The notes below the pieces were generated by a model. The model was given only the letters and a program-made list of their open reading frames with translations. It was not told the origin of the DNA and did not search any database. A stretch of DNA of 64,000 bases from a candidate division WOR-3 bacterium (GTDB taxonomy: Bacteria; Hydrothermota; 32-111). The stretch covers positions 320,001 to 384,000 of the forward strand of contig JBBFKX010000001.1 in NCBI GenBank assembly GCA_037481815.1. The letters run 5' to 3'. The translations under genes and the position numbers were made by a program. Of the stretch, positions 27,427 through 37,938 are shown one piece after another (positions within the stretch are counted from its first letter, which is position 1; each line of letters begins with the position of its first letter).

Positions 27427-27454
27427 ATTATATAAAGTTGATTCAACATGTCAA
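27427..27454 (-). promoter_or_regulatory. Consensus promoter TTGACA-16-TATAAT for the carboxyltransferase-to-crt operon
   Basis: Perfect hexamers; GAGGAG SD before ATG 27399. Confidence 0.75.
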
Positions 27455-27473
27455 TAAACAGACATTTTTTTTG

Positions 27474-27501
27474 TTGATTACATAAAGATTTAAAATATAA
27501 T
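27474..27501 (+). promoter_or_regulatory. Promoter TTGATT-16-TATAAT for 27526
   Basis: Direct reading; an AAGGAG SD follows. Confidence 0.65.
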
Positions 27502-27525
27502 TTAAAATCAAAAAAAGGAGAAAAA

Positions 27526-28044
27526 ATGGATAAATATCAACATTTTGTAAAAACTTACCCTCTAATTTCAGCCTTCCTTCAATTTGCAATACTAGGATTT
27601 TTAGGTGAAGTTATTTCATACTCTTTAAGAAAACGATTAAAAAATATCGGAAACTTTTTTCAAATAATTTTAAAAATTTTAGGATGGGGAATTTTGGGTA
27701 TCATAATAAAAATGGGTTTTACTGGAAGCAAAGGTAGTTTGAAAGCATTAATCGCAAACAATATGTTGCCCAACATAATAGAAGGGACATTCTTATACGC
27801 TTTTTCTCTTTCCGTGTTAACCAATCTTTTTTTCGGGCCACAGATGATGTTGTTCCATCGGCTTGAAGAAAATTTGATAATGGGTAAAAAAGATTTTAAA
27901 GGTATCGAATTTTCTCTATTTTCCTTAATCTGGTTCTGGATACCAGCACATACTCTCACATTCTTATTACCCAAAGATTATCAAATCGGTATTGCCGCTT
28001 TATGGTCTATAGTTCTTGGTATAATTTTGAGTTTTAAAAAATAA
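27526..28044 (+). CDS. Mpv17/PMP22-like membrane protein
   Basis: Several TM segments; C-terminal WFWIPAHTLTFLLP..YQ......W...L resembles Mpv17/PMP22. Confidence 0.6.
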   Translation: MDKYQHFVKTYPLISAFLQFAILGFLGEVISYSLRKRLKNIGNFFQIILKILGWGILGIIIKMGFTGSKGSLKALIANNMLPNIIEGTFLYAFSLSVLTNLFFGPQMMLFHRLEENLIMGKKDFKGIEFSLFSLIWFWIPAHTLTFLLPKDYQIGIAALWSIVLGIILSFKK

Positions 28045-28045
28045 A

Positions 28046-29287
28046 TTACTTGAAAACTTTTTTAAACTCTTTTCTGTTCAAAAAAAGTAAAAATGATGTT
28101 GATGCACAAATAAGTCCAAGAACAAGTAAAGTTTTAGAGATTCCAAGAACATTTTGCTTTATCAAAAATCCCGCGATCAAACTACCAATAGGAGCAGAAC
28201 CCAAAAAAGCCATATTGTACAAACTCATCACTCTTCCTCTTTTTTTATCATCAACAAAAAGTTGAATCAAGGTATTTCCAGATGAAACCTGAGATACTAC
28301 TCCAAAACCCAATATAAACAAAAAAATATAAAGAAAATATATATTACGAACAAAAGAGATTGAAATCAATGAGATTCCAAAAATAAGTCCCGCAAGAAAA
28401 AACTGTCTCATAACAACACTTATATTTTTTAAAGAAGCTATAAAGATTGCACCAGTTAAAGCTCCTATACCTATAAAAGAAAGGAGAAATCCTAAAGTAT
28501 CACCACCTTTTTTCAGAATCTCCTTCACATATACGGGAAGAACAACAGGATAACTCATTCCAAAAATTGAAATTATCACAACTATAATAAGTATGGAAAG
28601 GATTCCCTTGTGTTTAAAAGTATAATCTAAACCTTCTTTAAACTCATCGATAAAATTGATTGTTTTTAGTTTTATCCTTTCATGTTTTTCAAGTTTCATA
28701 AAGAATAGAGCGATCAAAACCGCTATAAAACTGATTCCGTTGATCAAAAAACAAACACCTTCATTCCACTTTGCAAGAACTATACCCGCAAATGTCGGGC
28801 CAAAAAATCTTGCACCATTGAACATTGCACTGTTTAAAGCGATAGCATTGGGTAAATCGATCTTATCAGAAACTATATCATAAACGAATGCCTGTCTTGC
28901 GGGAGCATCAAGAGCATTCATAATCCCCGTATACAAAGAAAGAATCAAAATGATTGGATATGAGACATATCCTTTACCTTTAAAATAAAAATATGTTAAA
29001 AGAAATGCTGATAACATCATGTTGATCTGAGTAAAATACAAAATTTTCCTTCGATCGATCCTATCAGCAATCACTCCACTGAAAGGTGTAACAAATATGT
29101 TGGGACTTAATGCTACAAATGATGTTAAACCAAGCAAAAAAGGTGAATTCGTGATTCTGTAAACAAGCCATGGAGAAGCTACCTGTTGCATCCATGTTCC
29201 GATCAATGATATTCCCTGTCCGAGGAAAAATAATCGGTAATTATAATATTTGAACGATCTGAATGTATTTTTTAAAAATTTAAACAT
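28046..29287 (-). CDS. MFS transporter (MFS_3/DUF894-type)
   Basis: GQGISLIGTWMQ, SGVIADRIDRR, PARQAF, RGRVMS; about 12 TM segments. Confidence 0.92.
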   Translation of the reverse strand: MFKFLKNTFRSFKYYNYRLFFLGQGISLIGTWMQQVASPWLVYRITNSPFLLGLTSFVALSPNIFVTPFSGVIADRIDRRKILYFTQINMMLSAFLLTYFYFKGKGYVSYPIILILSLYTGIMNALDAPARQAFVYDIVSDKIDLPNAIALNSAMFNGARFFGPTFAGIVLAKWNEGVCFLINGISFIAVLIALFFMKLEKHERIKLKTINFIDEFKEGLDYTFKHKGILSILIIVVIISIFGMSYPVVLPVYVKEILKKGGDTLGFLLSFIGIGALTGAIFIASLKNISVVMRQFFLAGLIFGISLISISFVRNIYFLYIFLFILGFGVVSQVSSGNTLIQLFVDDKKRGRVMSLYNMAFLGSAPIGSLIAGFLIKQNVLGISKTLLVLGLICASTSFLLFLNRKEFKKVFK

Positions 29288-29296
29288 AAGATACTC

Positions 29297-31378
29297 CTAT
29301 AAAGAATCATTATCTATATGAAATTCGAACTTTAAGTTTTTTAAATTTTCGCAAAGTTTAAAAACATTTCTAAAATCTTTATAGAATATAAATATTTCGG
29401 TTCTATAATAGTTTTTAACTTTTTCGATAAAGTTAAAACCTGGGGGGAAAATTTTTATATCGTTGTAAGAATTTGACTGTTCCAATATATCGTGTATCCT
29501 TTTAATGTTTTTCCATGCTTCTTCTCTGTTTTTATTTTTATGACTTATCTTTAATACTCTTTTATAAGGTGGAAAATTCCTTTCCTTTCTTTTCTCGTTC
29601 TCGATATCAAGAAACCTTTGATAATCGAGATTCTGAATAATATCAAAAATTTGTTGATTCTTTATACCAGTTTCGATTATTATCTTCCCCCGTTTTTCCC
29701 TTCTACCAGCTCTTCCGGAGGTTTGAATCAAAAGTTGCATAAACCTTTCCATGCTTCTTATATCTGGAAGATTTATTGTAGAATCAAAATTTAAAATAAG
29801 AACCGTTGATACATTTGGTACATCATAACCTTTTGAAACCATCTGTGTCCCAACAAGGATGTCAATTTTGTGATTCATAAAATTTTCAATTATTCTGTTT
29901 CTTTCACCTTTTCTTGATGTTGAATCGATATCAAATCTTTCTATTGTTTTATCTTTATATATTTTTTTAAAAATCGACTCAACCATCTCTGTTCCCCAGA
30001 TTCCAGCAGAGACCAACCTGCCACCACAGGTTTTACATCTTGAATCAAATGGTTTTTCATCAAGACAGTAATGACAAATAAAACTATTGCTTGATCTGTG
30101 GAAAGAATATGAAACCGAACAATTTTCACACTTAAAATATTCTCCACAATCTACACATCTATAAAGATTCAAATAACCTCTTCGATTTAGAAAAACGATA
30201 ACCTGTTCACCATCATCAAGAGAATTTGATATCTCGTCTAATGCTATCTGGGAAATCTTTTTACCATCATTCTCGTTAAAAACGATTTTTACTTCAGGTT
30301 TTTCTGTTCCAAGGAATCTTTTTTCAAGTTTTAAAAGTTCATACTTCTTATTCAAAACATTGTAATAGGTTTCAAGGGATGGGGTTGCAGAAACAAGAAG
30401 AACTGGAGAAGAAAAAAGTTTGCCTAAATATATTGAACAATCCCTCGCATTGTAAAACGGTGCCATATCATATTGTTTATATGAAATATCCTGTTCCTCA
30501 TCAACCACAACAGTCCCAAGATTTTTGAAAGGCAAAAAGATAGCTGATCTTGTGCCTATTATTATTCTCTTCTCTTGAGAATTTATTTTTTCAAAAAGAA
30601 AATTGAATTCACCTTTTGAAAGTTCCGAGTGTATCTTTGCTATATTTAATGAACCAAACAATTTCGAAAATATCTTGTAAACCTGTTCAACGAGGCCAAT
30701 TTCGGGAAGTAAAATCAGAATCTGTTTATTTGAATTTTCAAAAACATATTTTACAAATCTTATGTAAACTTCGGTTTTCCCTGTTGCTGGTTGACCATAC
30801 AGCAAAAATGTTTTAAATACTCGTTTATCAAAAGAGTTTCTTAATATTGAAAAGGCATTTTCCTGTTCATCAGTTAAAACCTTTTTATCATAATTCTCTT
30901 CGATATATGGAAAAAGGTCTTCTTTTATCACATTTTTTTCAATCAGAAGATCTAATTTTTCTTTTGATATTTTTTCAATCTCACTTTTTGAGAGTGCTCT
31001 TTTTTTTGTTTCATAAAATAGTTCAGTATATTCATAATCTTTCGAGATACATACATACTTTTTGGGGATCGAAATATTGTATGGTAAATAATTTTTAATG
31101 ATCAATCCTTTTGAAACGAAATAATATTTTGATAGCCACTCAATAAATTCAAATAACTTATCAGATATAACATTTTCATATACTTTTTGTTCTATCGGCT
31201 TAATATCTTTTATCTCACTATGATCTGAAAAACCATATACTAAACCAAAATATTTTTTATTCCTAAAATTAACCAGAACTATATCTCCTTTGGAAAGATT
31301 CAAAGTGAAATTTTCGGGTAAACAATAATCAAAGGTTTTATCAAGATCAACAGGTAAAAGTACTTTAACAATTTTCAT
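29297..31378 (-). CDS. priA: Primosomal protein N' helicase
   Basis: G..ATGKTEVY, PEIGL, DEEQD.SYKQ, SATPSLE, NRRGY, four CxxC motifs, GRAGR. Confidence 0.95.
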   Translation of the reverse strand: MKIVKVLLPVDLDKTFDYCLPENFTLNLSKGDIVLVNFRNKKYFGLVYGFSDHSEIKDIKPIEQKVYENVISDKLFEFIEWLSKYYFVSKGLIIKNYLPYNISIPKKYVCISKDYEYTELFYETKKRALSKSEIEKISKEKLDLLIEKNVIKEDLFPYIEENYDKKVLTDEQENAFSILRNSFDKRVFKTFLLYGQPATGKTEVYIRFVKYVFENSNKQILILLPEIGLVEQVYKIFSKLFGSLNIAKIHSELSKGEFNFLFEKINSQEKRIIIGTRSAIFLPFKNLGTVVVDEEQDISYKQYDMAPFYNARDCSIYLGKLFSSPVLLVSATPSLETYYNVLNKKYELLKLEKRFLGTEKPEVKIVFNENDGKKISQIALDEISNSLDDGEQVIVFLNRRGYLNLYRCVDCGEYFKCENCSVSYSFHRSSNSFICHYCLDEKPFDSRCKTCGGRLVSAGIWGTEMVESIFKKIYKDKTIERFDIDSTSRKGERNRIIENFMNHKIDILVGTQMVSKGYDVPNVSTVLILNFDSTINLPDIRSMERFMQLLIQTSGRAGRREKRGKIIIETGIKNQQIFDIIQNLDYQRFLDIENEKRKERNFPPYKRVLKISHKNKNREEAWKNIKRIHDILEQSNSYNDIKIFPPGFNFIEKVKNYYRTEIFIFYKDFRNVFKLCENLKNLKFEFHIDNDSL

Positions 31379-32001
31379 TTTGAAAACAAAATATAAAAAG
31401 TCGATTTAGGAATTATTAAAAAAAGTTTTACTCCATAAATAATAAATAGATAGAAAAAAAAGATAAAGAAAAATAGTGAAACAAGTATGAGAAGATATGA
31501 AATGATTGGGTATCTTTCAAGATCAGGTTGCTTCACAAACAGGATGTCCTTGATTGTTGCAGAAAGAAATTGTGAAAAAAAGAATCCAGAAAAGAAAAAA
31601 AGGAAACTCATATATCTTTCTTTTATAAAAAATGTAAGCAATATAAAAAAAATTGAAAACAAAGGTATAGTGTAAGGAGAGAGAGCAACAATAGGATTAA
31701 TTTTTTCTGTTTTTATCAATCCTCCACTTTTTGATGATGCTTTAAAAGAATAAATATTTTTAAAGGTTATAAATGCAAAAAACATATGTGTCATTTCATG
31801 TTGAAAAGTTTCAAAAAAACTTATATTTTCTTTCAACGGTTTTACAAAAAACCTTATAACAAGATACAGCAAAAAACCAACGATAAAGTTGTAATGGGCG
31901 GGAACGAAAGAGAAAGAAAAATCTCTATTGGCAAAGATGAAAACCCCATAACAAAATGAATAAAAAAATATTGTTGAATATACAAAAATTGAAAGTATCA
32001 T
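31375..32001 (-). CDS. Membrane metallopeptidase, M50B-like
   Basis: HEMTH (HExxH), LSPY, Q.DL and TM segments. Confidence 0.65.
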   Translation of the reverse strand: MILSIFVYSTIFFYSFCYGVFIFANRDFSFSFVPAHYNFIVGFLLYLVIRFFVKPLKENISFFETFQHEMTHMFFAFITFKNIYSFKASSKSGGLIKTEKINPIVALSPYTIPLFSIFFILLTFFIKERYMSFLFFFSGFFFSQFLSATIKDILFVKQPDLERYPIISYLLILVSLFFFIFFFYLFIIYGVKLFLIIPKSTFYILFSK

Positions 32002-33635
32002 CTTTTCAGGAGAGCTTTTGCATGCTTTAGTGCTGTTTCGTATGATTCAGAACTTCCAAGAAGTCTTGCTATTTCTTTAACTCTTTCATCATCGTTAAGT
32101 TCTTTTACCTTTATACTCTTGTCATCCTTTGAAACAAAAATATGATTGTCCGCCTTTGCTGCTATCTGTGGGAGATGAGTTATGGTGATAATCTGTTTGA
32201 ATTTTGAAATGTTTTTCATAAGTTCAGCAACTTTAAAAGCTGTATCTCCACTGATTCCTACATCTATTTCATCAAATATCATGGTCATAACAGGATCGTT
32301 TTTTCTCAAAAAATCTTTAATACTTAACATAATCCTTGAAATTTCTCCACCGGAAGCGATCTTTTTTAACGGTTGTCCTTCCTGATTGAATCTATTGATA
32401 ATAAAAAACTCTATATCATCATAACCCATTTCGTTGAAGTTTTCCAATGAAAAATCGATTTTGATCTTAAGTTTAGTATCTTTCATATTCAAATTTTTCA
32501 AACATTCATTTACATATTCCTCAAATTTTTTAGAACCTACAACTCTTTTTTTATGAAGTATCGACCCAAGTTCATCGAGTTGCTTTTTTAACTCGATCAA
32601 CATATTCTCTTGAATTTTCAACTCTCCCTCAGGATCCTGCGCTATTTTTAACTTTGAAGAAATCTCTTCCTTAAATTTTATCAAACCAGGAAGATCCCTA
32701 ACATATTTTCTTTTTAAACTCTCAAGCCTGTCATAAGTATTTCTCAGATTTTCAAGTTCATTCTTATCGTAAGATAAGGTTTCTCCATAATTATAAAGTT
32801 CTTTATAAAGATCAGAAACATTTTCGATTATGATATCGATATTCTCTGTTATCTTTGAAATTTTTGAACTCTTATTCGAGATATCCTTAAGATTTTTTCT
32901 GAGATCCGATAAAAGAAGATTTATATTTATCTCATTCTCTTCAAGCAATTTTAAAGAATAATCGATCCTCTCTTTGATGTTTTCAAAGTTTTCCATTTCT
33001 GATAGTGAATCTTTTAGTTTTACCTCATCAATTTTTTCTATATCAATTTCTTCTAACTCTTTAAGAGCAAACTCATAAAATTCTTTCTCTTTCAAAAAGG
33101 AATCAACTTGCTCTTTTAAGTGGTTGAAATTTTTTAACTGTTCGTTGTATTCTCTATATTTTGAAATAAACTCTGACAGTATTTCCTCACTATCTGAAAT
33201 TCTATCGATAATTTTGATATGATTTTCTTTTCTCAAAAGAAGTTGATGGTCGTACTGTCCATGTAAATCGAAAAGAAGTGCTCCTATTTTTTTTAGAGTC
33301 GTTGAACTTATTGCAGAATCATTCAGATAAATTGAGTGCTTACCGTTAGGTTTTATAACCTTTCTTATTATAAGTTCATCTTCAACATATATATCTATAT
33401 TTTTCAACTCTTCCGATATTTCATCAGAAATTTCGAAAACTCCAGTGATTGTAGCATCCTTATTTTTGTTACGAATTGTAACATCAATTTTTTCCCCAAC
33501 AAGATTTAAAAGCGTGTTCACAAGAACAGTTTTCCCTGCACCAGTTTCCCCTGTTATAACGTTGAAACCTTTTTTGAATTCAATTCTGTTGTCCTCAAAA
33601 AAAAGAAGGTTTTCTATAATAAGTTCCCTTATCAT
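31998..33635 (-). CDS. recN: DNA repair protein RecN
   Basis: TGETGAGKT, HGQ, ASGGEISR, IFDEIDVG, ITHLPQIAA. Confidence 0.96.
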   Translation of the reverse strand: MIRELIIENLLFFEDNRIEFKKGFNVITGETGAGKTVLVNTLLNLVGEKIDVTIRNKNKDATITGVFEISDEISEELKNIDIYVEDELIIRKVIKPNGKHSIYLNDSAISSTTLKKIGALLFDLHGQYDHQLLLRKENHIKIIDRISDSEEILSEFISKYREYNEQLKNFNHLKEQVDSFLKEKEFYEFALKELEEIDIEKIDEVKLKDSLSEMENFENIKERIDYSLKLLEENEININLLLSDLRKNLKDISNKSSKISKITENIDIIIENVSDLYKELYNYGETLSYDKNELENLRNTYDRLESLKRKYVRDLPGLIKFKEEISSKLKIAQDPEGELKIQENMLIELKKQLDELGSILHKKRVVGSKKFEEYVNECLKNLNMKDTKLKIKIDFSLENFNEMGYDDIEFFIINRFNQEGQPLKKIASGGEISRIMLSIKDFLRKNDPVMTMIFDEIDVGISGDTAFKVAELMKNISKFKQIITITHLPQIAAKADNHIFVSKDDKSIKVKELNDDERVKEIARLLGSSESYETALKHAKALLKR

Positions 33636-34444
33636 ATTCTCGGATCCTTTCCAAGATGGAATTTTTCTTTCAAAATATCAAAAAGGTCAAAATCTTCAAA
33701 TTTGATGATTTTTATTTTTTCTGAATAGTTTGAAAGAATAACCTTCTGATTTTCAGAAATTTTTAATACTTTTTGAGAATCAGCAGAGATTATAGCATTT
33801 TTGGAAATTGGGATAAGAGTTATTTTGGATGAACTCTTTACGATTATCGGTCTTTGAACCAGTAAATGTGGACATATGGGTGTTATGATGAATGCATCTA
33901 TATCAGGATACACGATAGGGCCACCAGCAGCGAGAGAATATGCTGTTGAACCAAGTGGAGTTGAAACTATAACACCATCCGCAGAGATTGTGGAGATCTC
34001 CTTATCATCAACAAGAACTTTTATTTTAATCATCCGATGAATATCCTCTGATTTCATAACAATATCGTTAAGACCGGTAAGAAAAATACCTCTAATTTTC
34101 GTAGATAGAAGGTTACATAACTGTAAATAATAGTTTTTATTTTTCACCATATCAAGTCGCTTTTCAAGTTCATTCTCTCGTATATTTGAAAGGAATCCGA
34201 GCGAACCAAGGTTAACTCCCATTATTGGAAGGGAATATGGAACAGCCATTTTTGCTGCAGAAAGCATCGTTCCATCTCCACCGAAGGAAATTACAAAAGA
34301 ATCTTTGAGTTTACCTTTAAAAATTTTTAAAGTTTCAATAGGATAAACATCAACCCTATTATGGTTACACCATCTTTTTAATCTATCGAGTGCCTGCGCA
34401 CATCCCCTCTTTTCCTCATTTAAAAAATAGAATATCCTTTTCAT
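33632..34444 (-). CDS. nadK: NAD kinase
   Basis: GGDGT, NLGSLGFL, LND, DG...STPLGSTAYSLAAGGP. Confidence 0.95.
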   Translation of the reverse strand: MKRIFYFLNEEKRGCAQALDRLKRWCNHNRVDVYPIETLKIFKGKLKDSFVISFGGDGTMLSAAKMAVPYSLPIMGVNLGSLGFLSNIRENELEKRLDMVKNKNYYLQLCNLLSTKIRGIFLTGLNDIVMKSEDIHRMIKIKVLVDDKEISTISADGVIVSTPLGSTAYSLAAGGPIVYPDIDAFIITPICPHLLVQRPIIVKSSSKITLIPISKNAIISADSQKVLKISENQKVILSNYSEKIKIIKFEDFDLFDILKEKFHLGKDPRI

Positions 34445-35316
34445 AGTTTTTTAAAAAATATCACTCTCTTTATTCCCGAAAGATCTTTTAGAAATTTTAT
34501 ATCTTTATATTTTCTGGTCTCTTTTACCAACTTTTCAACCTGTTCACTCTGGTCATATCCAATCTCTATAAGACAGACACCATCCTTTTTAAGATATTTA
34601 TATGCGGAATTCACAATCGTTCTGATGATTTGCAGTCCATCATTTCCACCATCAAGTGAGACGAGAGGTTCATAAAACCTTATCTCTTCTGGAAGTTTCA
34701 AAATAACTGCTGATGGAATATAGGGAGGATTTGAAAGGATCATATCATATTTAAAACTGCTGTTTAAAGAAGAAAATCCATTCGATTGAATGAAAATTAT
34801 GTCCTTATCAACCCCATTTATTTTAGCATTCTCTTTCGCGATAAGTAATGCTCCTCTTGAAAGATCTATAGCATAATATTTTAGATTTGGAGAATATTTT
34901 GCAAGTGAAACTATTATGTTTCCACTTCCCGTTCCAAAATCCAGAATCCTGTAGTTTGAATCTTTTTTATTTTCAAGAGAATATTTTATAGCGAATTCAA
35001 CAAGAGTTTCAGTATCAGGGCGAGGGATCAACACATTTTTGTTGACTTTAAAAGTAAGACCCATAAATTCAGTTTTACCGATAATGTATTGGACAGGTTC
35101 TTTTTTAATTCTTCTCCTTATAAGTGATCTAAAAAGATTCTGTTCGATTTTTGTTAAACTTTTGTTATAATTTTCATAAAGATATATCCTATCCCCATTC
35201 ATACAATGGGACATTATGAGTTCAGCGTTCAGTTTTGCTTCCTTTATTTTATGCTTTTTTAAAATGAGAATCGATTCTGTTATCAGATCTTTAGGAGTGA
35301 CATTAACCTTTCTCAT
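34441..35316 (-). CDS. prmC: Release factor glutamine methyltransferase
   Basis: EPVQYI, LIPRPDTE, DFGTGSG, SNPPY; next to prfA. Confidence 0.96.
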   Translation of the reverse strand: MRKVNVTPKDLITESILILKKHKIKEAKLNAELIMSHCMNGDRIYLYENYNKSLTKIEQNLFRSLIRRRIKKEPVQYIIGKTEFMGLTFKVNKNVLIPRPDTETLVEFAIKYSLENKKDSNYRILDFGTGSGNIIVSLAKYSPNLKYYAIDLSRGALLIAKENAKINGVDKDIIFIQSNGFSSLNSSFKYDMILSNPPYIPSAVILKLPEEIRFYEPLVSLDGGNDGLQIIRTIVNSAYKYLKKDGVCLIEIGYDQSEQVEKLVKETRKYKDIKFLKDLSGIKRVIFFKKL

Positions 35317-36388
35317 AAAACTCCTGTAATTTAATCCTCATATCCTCATCCTTTAAAGGTTGAATCAGAAGATCAAGGTTACCATCGAGTATCTCTTCCA
35401 ATCTGTATAGGGTTAAATTTATTCGGTGATCTGTTACCCTTCTTTCAGGAAAGTTGTATGTTCTTATCCTTTCTGATCTATCACCAGTTCCAACAAGATT
35501 TTTTCTATTCTGAGAAATCTTTTCCTGCTGTTCTTTCAGAATCTTTTCATACAATCGTGCTTTAAGAATCCTCATCGCTTTTTCTCTGTTTTTATGTTGA
35601 CTCCTTTCATCCTGACACACAACAACAGTGTTTGTTGGCAGATGTGTAATTCTAACAGCCGTAGCAACTTTGTTAACATTCTGTCCACCAGCACCTGACG
35701 AATGGAATATATCGATTCTGAGATCCTTTTCGTTTATTTCAAGTTCAACATCCTCTACCTCAGGAAGAACAGCTACCGTTACAGCGGATGTGTGAATTCT
35801 GCCATTTGCCTCTGTTTCAGGGATTCTTTGTACTCGATGCACACCACTCTCGAATTTAAAATTACCATAAGCATTTTTTCCTTTTAATGCAAATATCATC
35901 TCTTTATAACCACCCAGTTCTGTCGGATGAAAATCTATATGTTCAAATACATATCCTTTACTCTCAGCATATCTTTTGTACATCCTGTAAAGATCAGCAA
36001 CAAAAAGTGCCGCTTCCTCTCCTCCGGTTCCCGCTCTTATCTCAAAGATAATATTTTTTTCGTCCTCAGGATCTTTTGGTAACAGAAGAACTTTGAGTTC
36101 CTCTTCTAATTTATTTATCTTTTCATTTATTTCTCTAATTTCCTGATTTATCAACTCTTTCATTTCAATATCTTTTTCCTGTTTTAAAAGTTGTAAATTT
36201 TCCTCAAGTTGTTCAAGAGTTTTATAATATTCGTTAGTTTTCTGAACAAGCGCTCCCATCTCAGAATACCTTTTTGAAATCTCTTTATATTTTTTGTTAT
36301 CTGAAACTATCGAAGGATCGGAAAGCATATTTTCCATTTCTTTATATTCTTTTAACTTTACCTCTAACGCTTCTTTAAGCATTCTCAC
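35303..36388 (-). CDS. prfA: Peptide chain release factor 1
   Basis: GTGGEEA, HRVQRIPETE (PxT), GAGGQ, RIRTYNFP. Start is GTG 36388 or ATG 36382. Confidence 0.97.
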   Translation of the reverse strand: MRMLKEALEVKLKEYKEMENMLSDPSIVSDNKKYKEISKRYSEMGALVQKTNEYYKTLEQLEENLQLLKQEKDIEMKELINQEIREINEKINKLEEELKVLLLPKDPEDEKNIIFEIRAGTGGEEAALFVADLYRMYKRYAESKGYVFEHIDFHPTELGGYKEMIFALKGKNAYGNFKFESGVHRVQRIPETEANGRIHTSAVTVAVLPEVEDVELEINEKDLRIDIFHSSGAGGQNVNKVATAVRITHLPTNTVVVCQDERSQHKNREKAMRILKARLYEKILKEQQEKISQNRKNLVGTGDRSERIRTYNFPERRVTDHRINLTLYRLEEILDGNLDLLIQPLKDEDMRIKLQEFYEKG

Positions 36389-37296
36389 TCCTTAAGGTCA
36401 TATTTTAAAGATTCTTTTAAAGAAATTATTGATACCTCTAACATGTCATCTGTTGGTTCTTTCGTTGTAATATATTGGAAAAGTAAACCAGGGAATATGA
36501 GAATTTTAACGAAAACGTTGTTCGAAAATTTCTCTGCAAGAAAAAGCAGTTCGTAAGAGATCGTTGCAACAATTGGTAAAAAGATAATATGATTAAGAAA
36601 CCTGTTTACAGGAGAATTTGTTATTTTAAAAATAGAAAACACAAAAGTATCTACTATAGAGTAAAAAATTATTGCAAATGCAAGAGTTATAAACAAAAAA
36701 CTTGTTCCACAACGGGGATGTTTTGTTGAATATTTTTTCGCGTTCTCAACTGTCAAATCATCACCATTTTCATATGCAAAAACAGTTTTATGTTCAGCTC
36801 CATGGTACATAAAAATTCTTTTTATATCTTTTATCTGAGATATCGATATCAGATAAACGATAAAAAAGATAAATCTTACAGAACCTATTAAAATGTTAAA
36901 GTAAAATTGATTGTTGATTTTCAACAGTTGAACTATTTGAATTGGTATATAGAGAAACACAAAAAACCCAATTAAAGTTGCAATAAAAAAAGCAAAAAAA
37001 GTTTCAAAAAAATTTTTTATACTTTTATTTTCCTGAACTTTTGTGTCGTAATAGATATCAGCACTTCTGTTTAAACTATCAAAACCGATTTTTAAGGTTT
37101 CAACGAAAGTTATGATTCCCCTCACTGGGAAAAAATTTAAATATCTGTTCTTTTTAACAGTTTTCTGGAAAGGTTTTGATTCTGTTATTATACTCCCATC
37201 CTTTTTCCTCACACTCAAAGCATAGCCATTTTCTGACATCATCAAAACACCTTCAATGAGTGCCTGTCCTCCAGCTTTTCTTTTTTTATTCTCCAT
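36385..37296 (-). CDS. DUF1385 membrane protein
   Basis: GGQALIEGV, YHGAEHK, HPRCGTSF, TTKEP. Confidence 0.9.
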   Translation of the reverse strand: MENKKRKAGGQALIEGVLMMSENGYALSVRKKDGSIITESKPFQKTVKKNRYLNFFPVRGIITFVETLKIGFDSLNRSADIYYDTKVQENKSIKNFFETFFAFFIATLIGFFVFLYIPIQIVQLLKINNQFYFNILIGSVRFIFFIVYLISISQIKDIKRIFMYHGAEHKTVFAYENGDDLTVENAKKYSTKHPRCGTSFLFITLAFAIIFYSIVDTFVFSIFKITNSPVNRFLNHIIFLPIVATISYELLFLAEKFSNNVFVKILIFPGLLFQYITTKEPTDDMLEVSIISLKESLKYDLKE

Positions 37297-37927
37297 ATTT
37301 CTCCTTTAAGGAAACATATTTCAGATATTCTTCGAGATTTGTTAAATTGGTGATAATTATTTTATCGTTATAAATTTTTATCAGATTTGACTTTTCAAGA
37401 TTTTCAATCAACCTCTTTAACTTATCGACGCCCATTCCCACAATTGGTGCAATGTTTTCATATCTAAAATCTATATTAATAAGATAACTCCCATCCTGTT
37501 GTTTTATTCCTTCATCCTGCGCTTTCATTATCAAAAAAGCGATCAATCTCTTTTCGTCTCCTTTTATCATCAAAAATTTTATCTGTTCATCAGCCCTTCT
37601 TAATCTTTTTGACAATTCAGTTATTATGTATTCGATCAAAGGCTCTTCGCCTATTTTTTTTCTAAAAGCAACTTTGTCAAAAGTTATCAGTTCAGTATCC
37701 CCTTCTGCTATCGCTGTAGCAGATCTTGGACTACCATCGATCAATGCCATCTCTCCAAAAAAATCTCCCTCTGATAGCACTGCAAGAACTTTCATCTCAT
37801 CTCCAATTTTCTGAACAATTTTTATCTTTCCAGATTTTATCAAATACATCTCATCACCAACCTCACCTTCTCTAAAAAGAACCTCACCGTCTTTTAAAAC
37901 TTTTTCAATTTTGCTGTTCTCTCCCAT
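37286..37927 (-). CDS. Crp/Fnr-family cyclic-nucleotide-binding regulator
   Basis: FREGE.GDEMY, GDFFGEMAL...PRSATA and a C-terminal HTH-like region. Confidence 0.9.
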   Translation of the reverse strand: MGENSKIEKVLKDGEVLFREGEVGDEMYLIKSGKIKIVQKIGDEMKVLAVLSEGDFFGEMALIDGSPRSATAIAEGDTELITFDKVAFRKKIGEEPLIEYIITELSKRLRRADEQIKFLMIKGDEKRLIAFLIMKAQDEGIKQQDGSYLINIDFRYENIAPIVGMGVDKLKRLIENLEKSNLIKIYNDKIIITNLTNLEEYLKYVSLKEKYGE

Positions 37928-37938
37928 AAAATCTCCTT

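Noticed and set aside
27437..27454. FNR box (TTGAT...TCAA) for the window's Crp/Fnr protein
   Set aside because: The spacing does not match TTGAT-N4-ATCAA, and the right half is simply the -35 hexamer.
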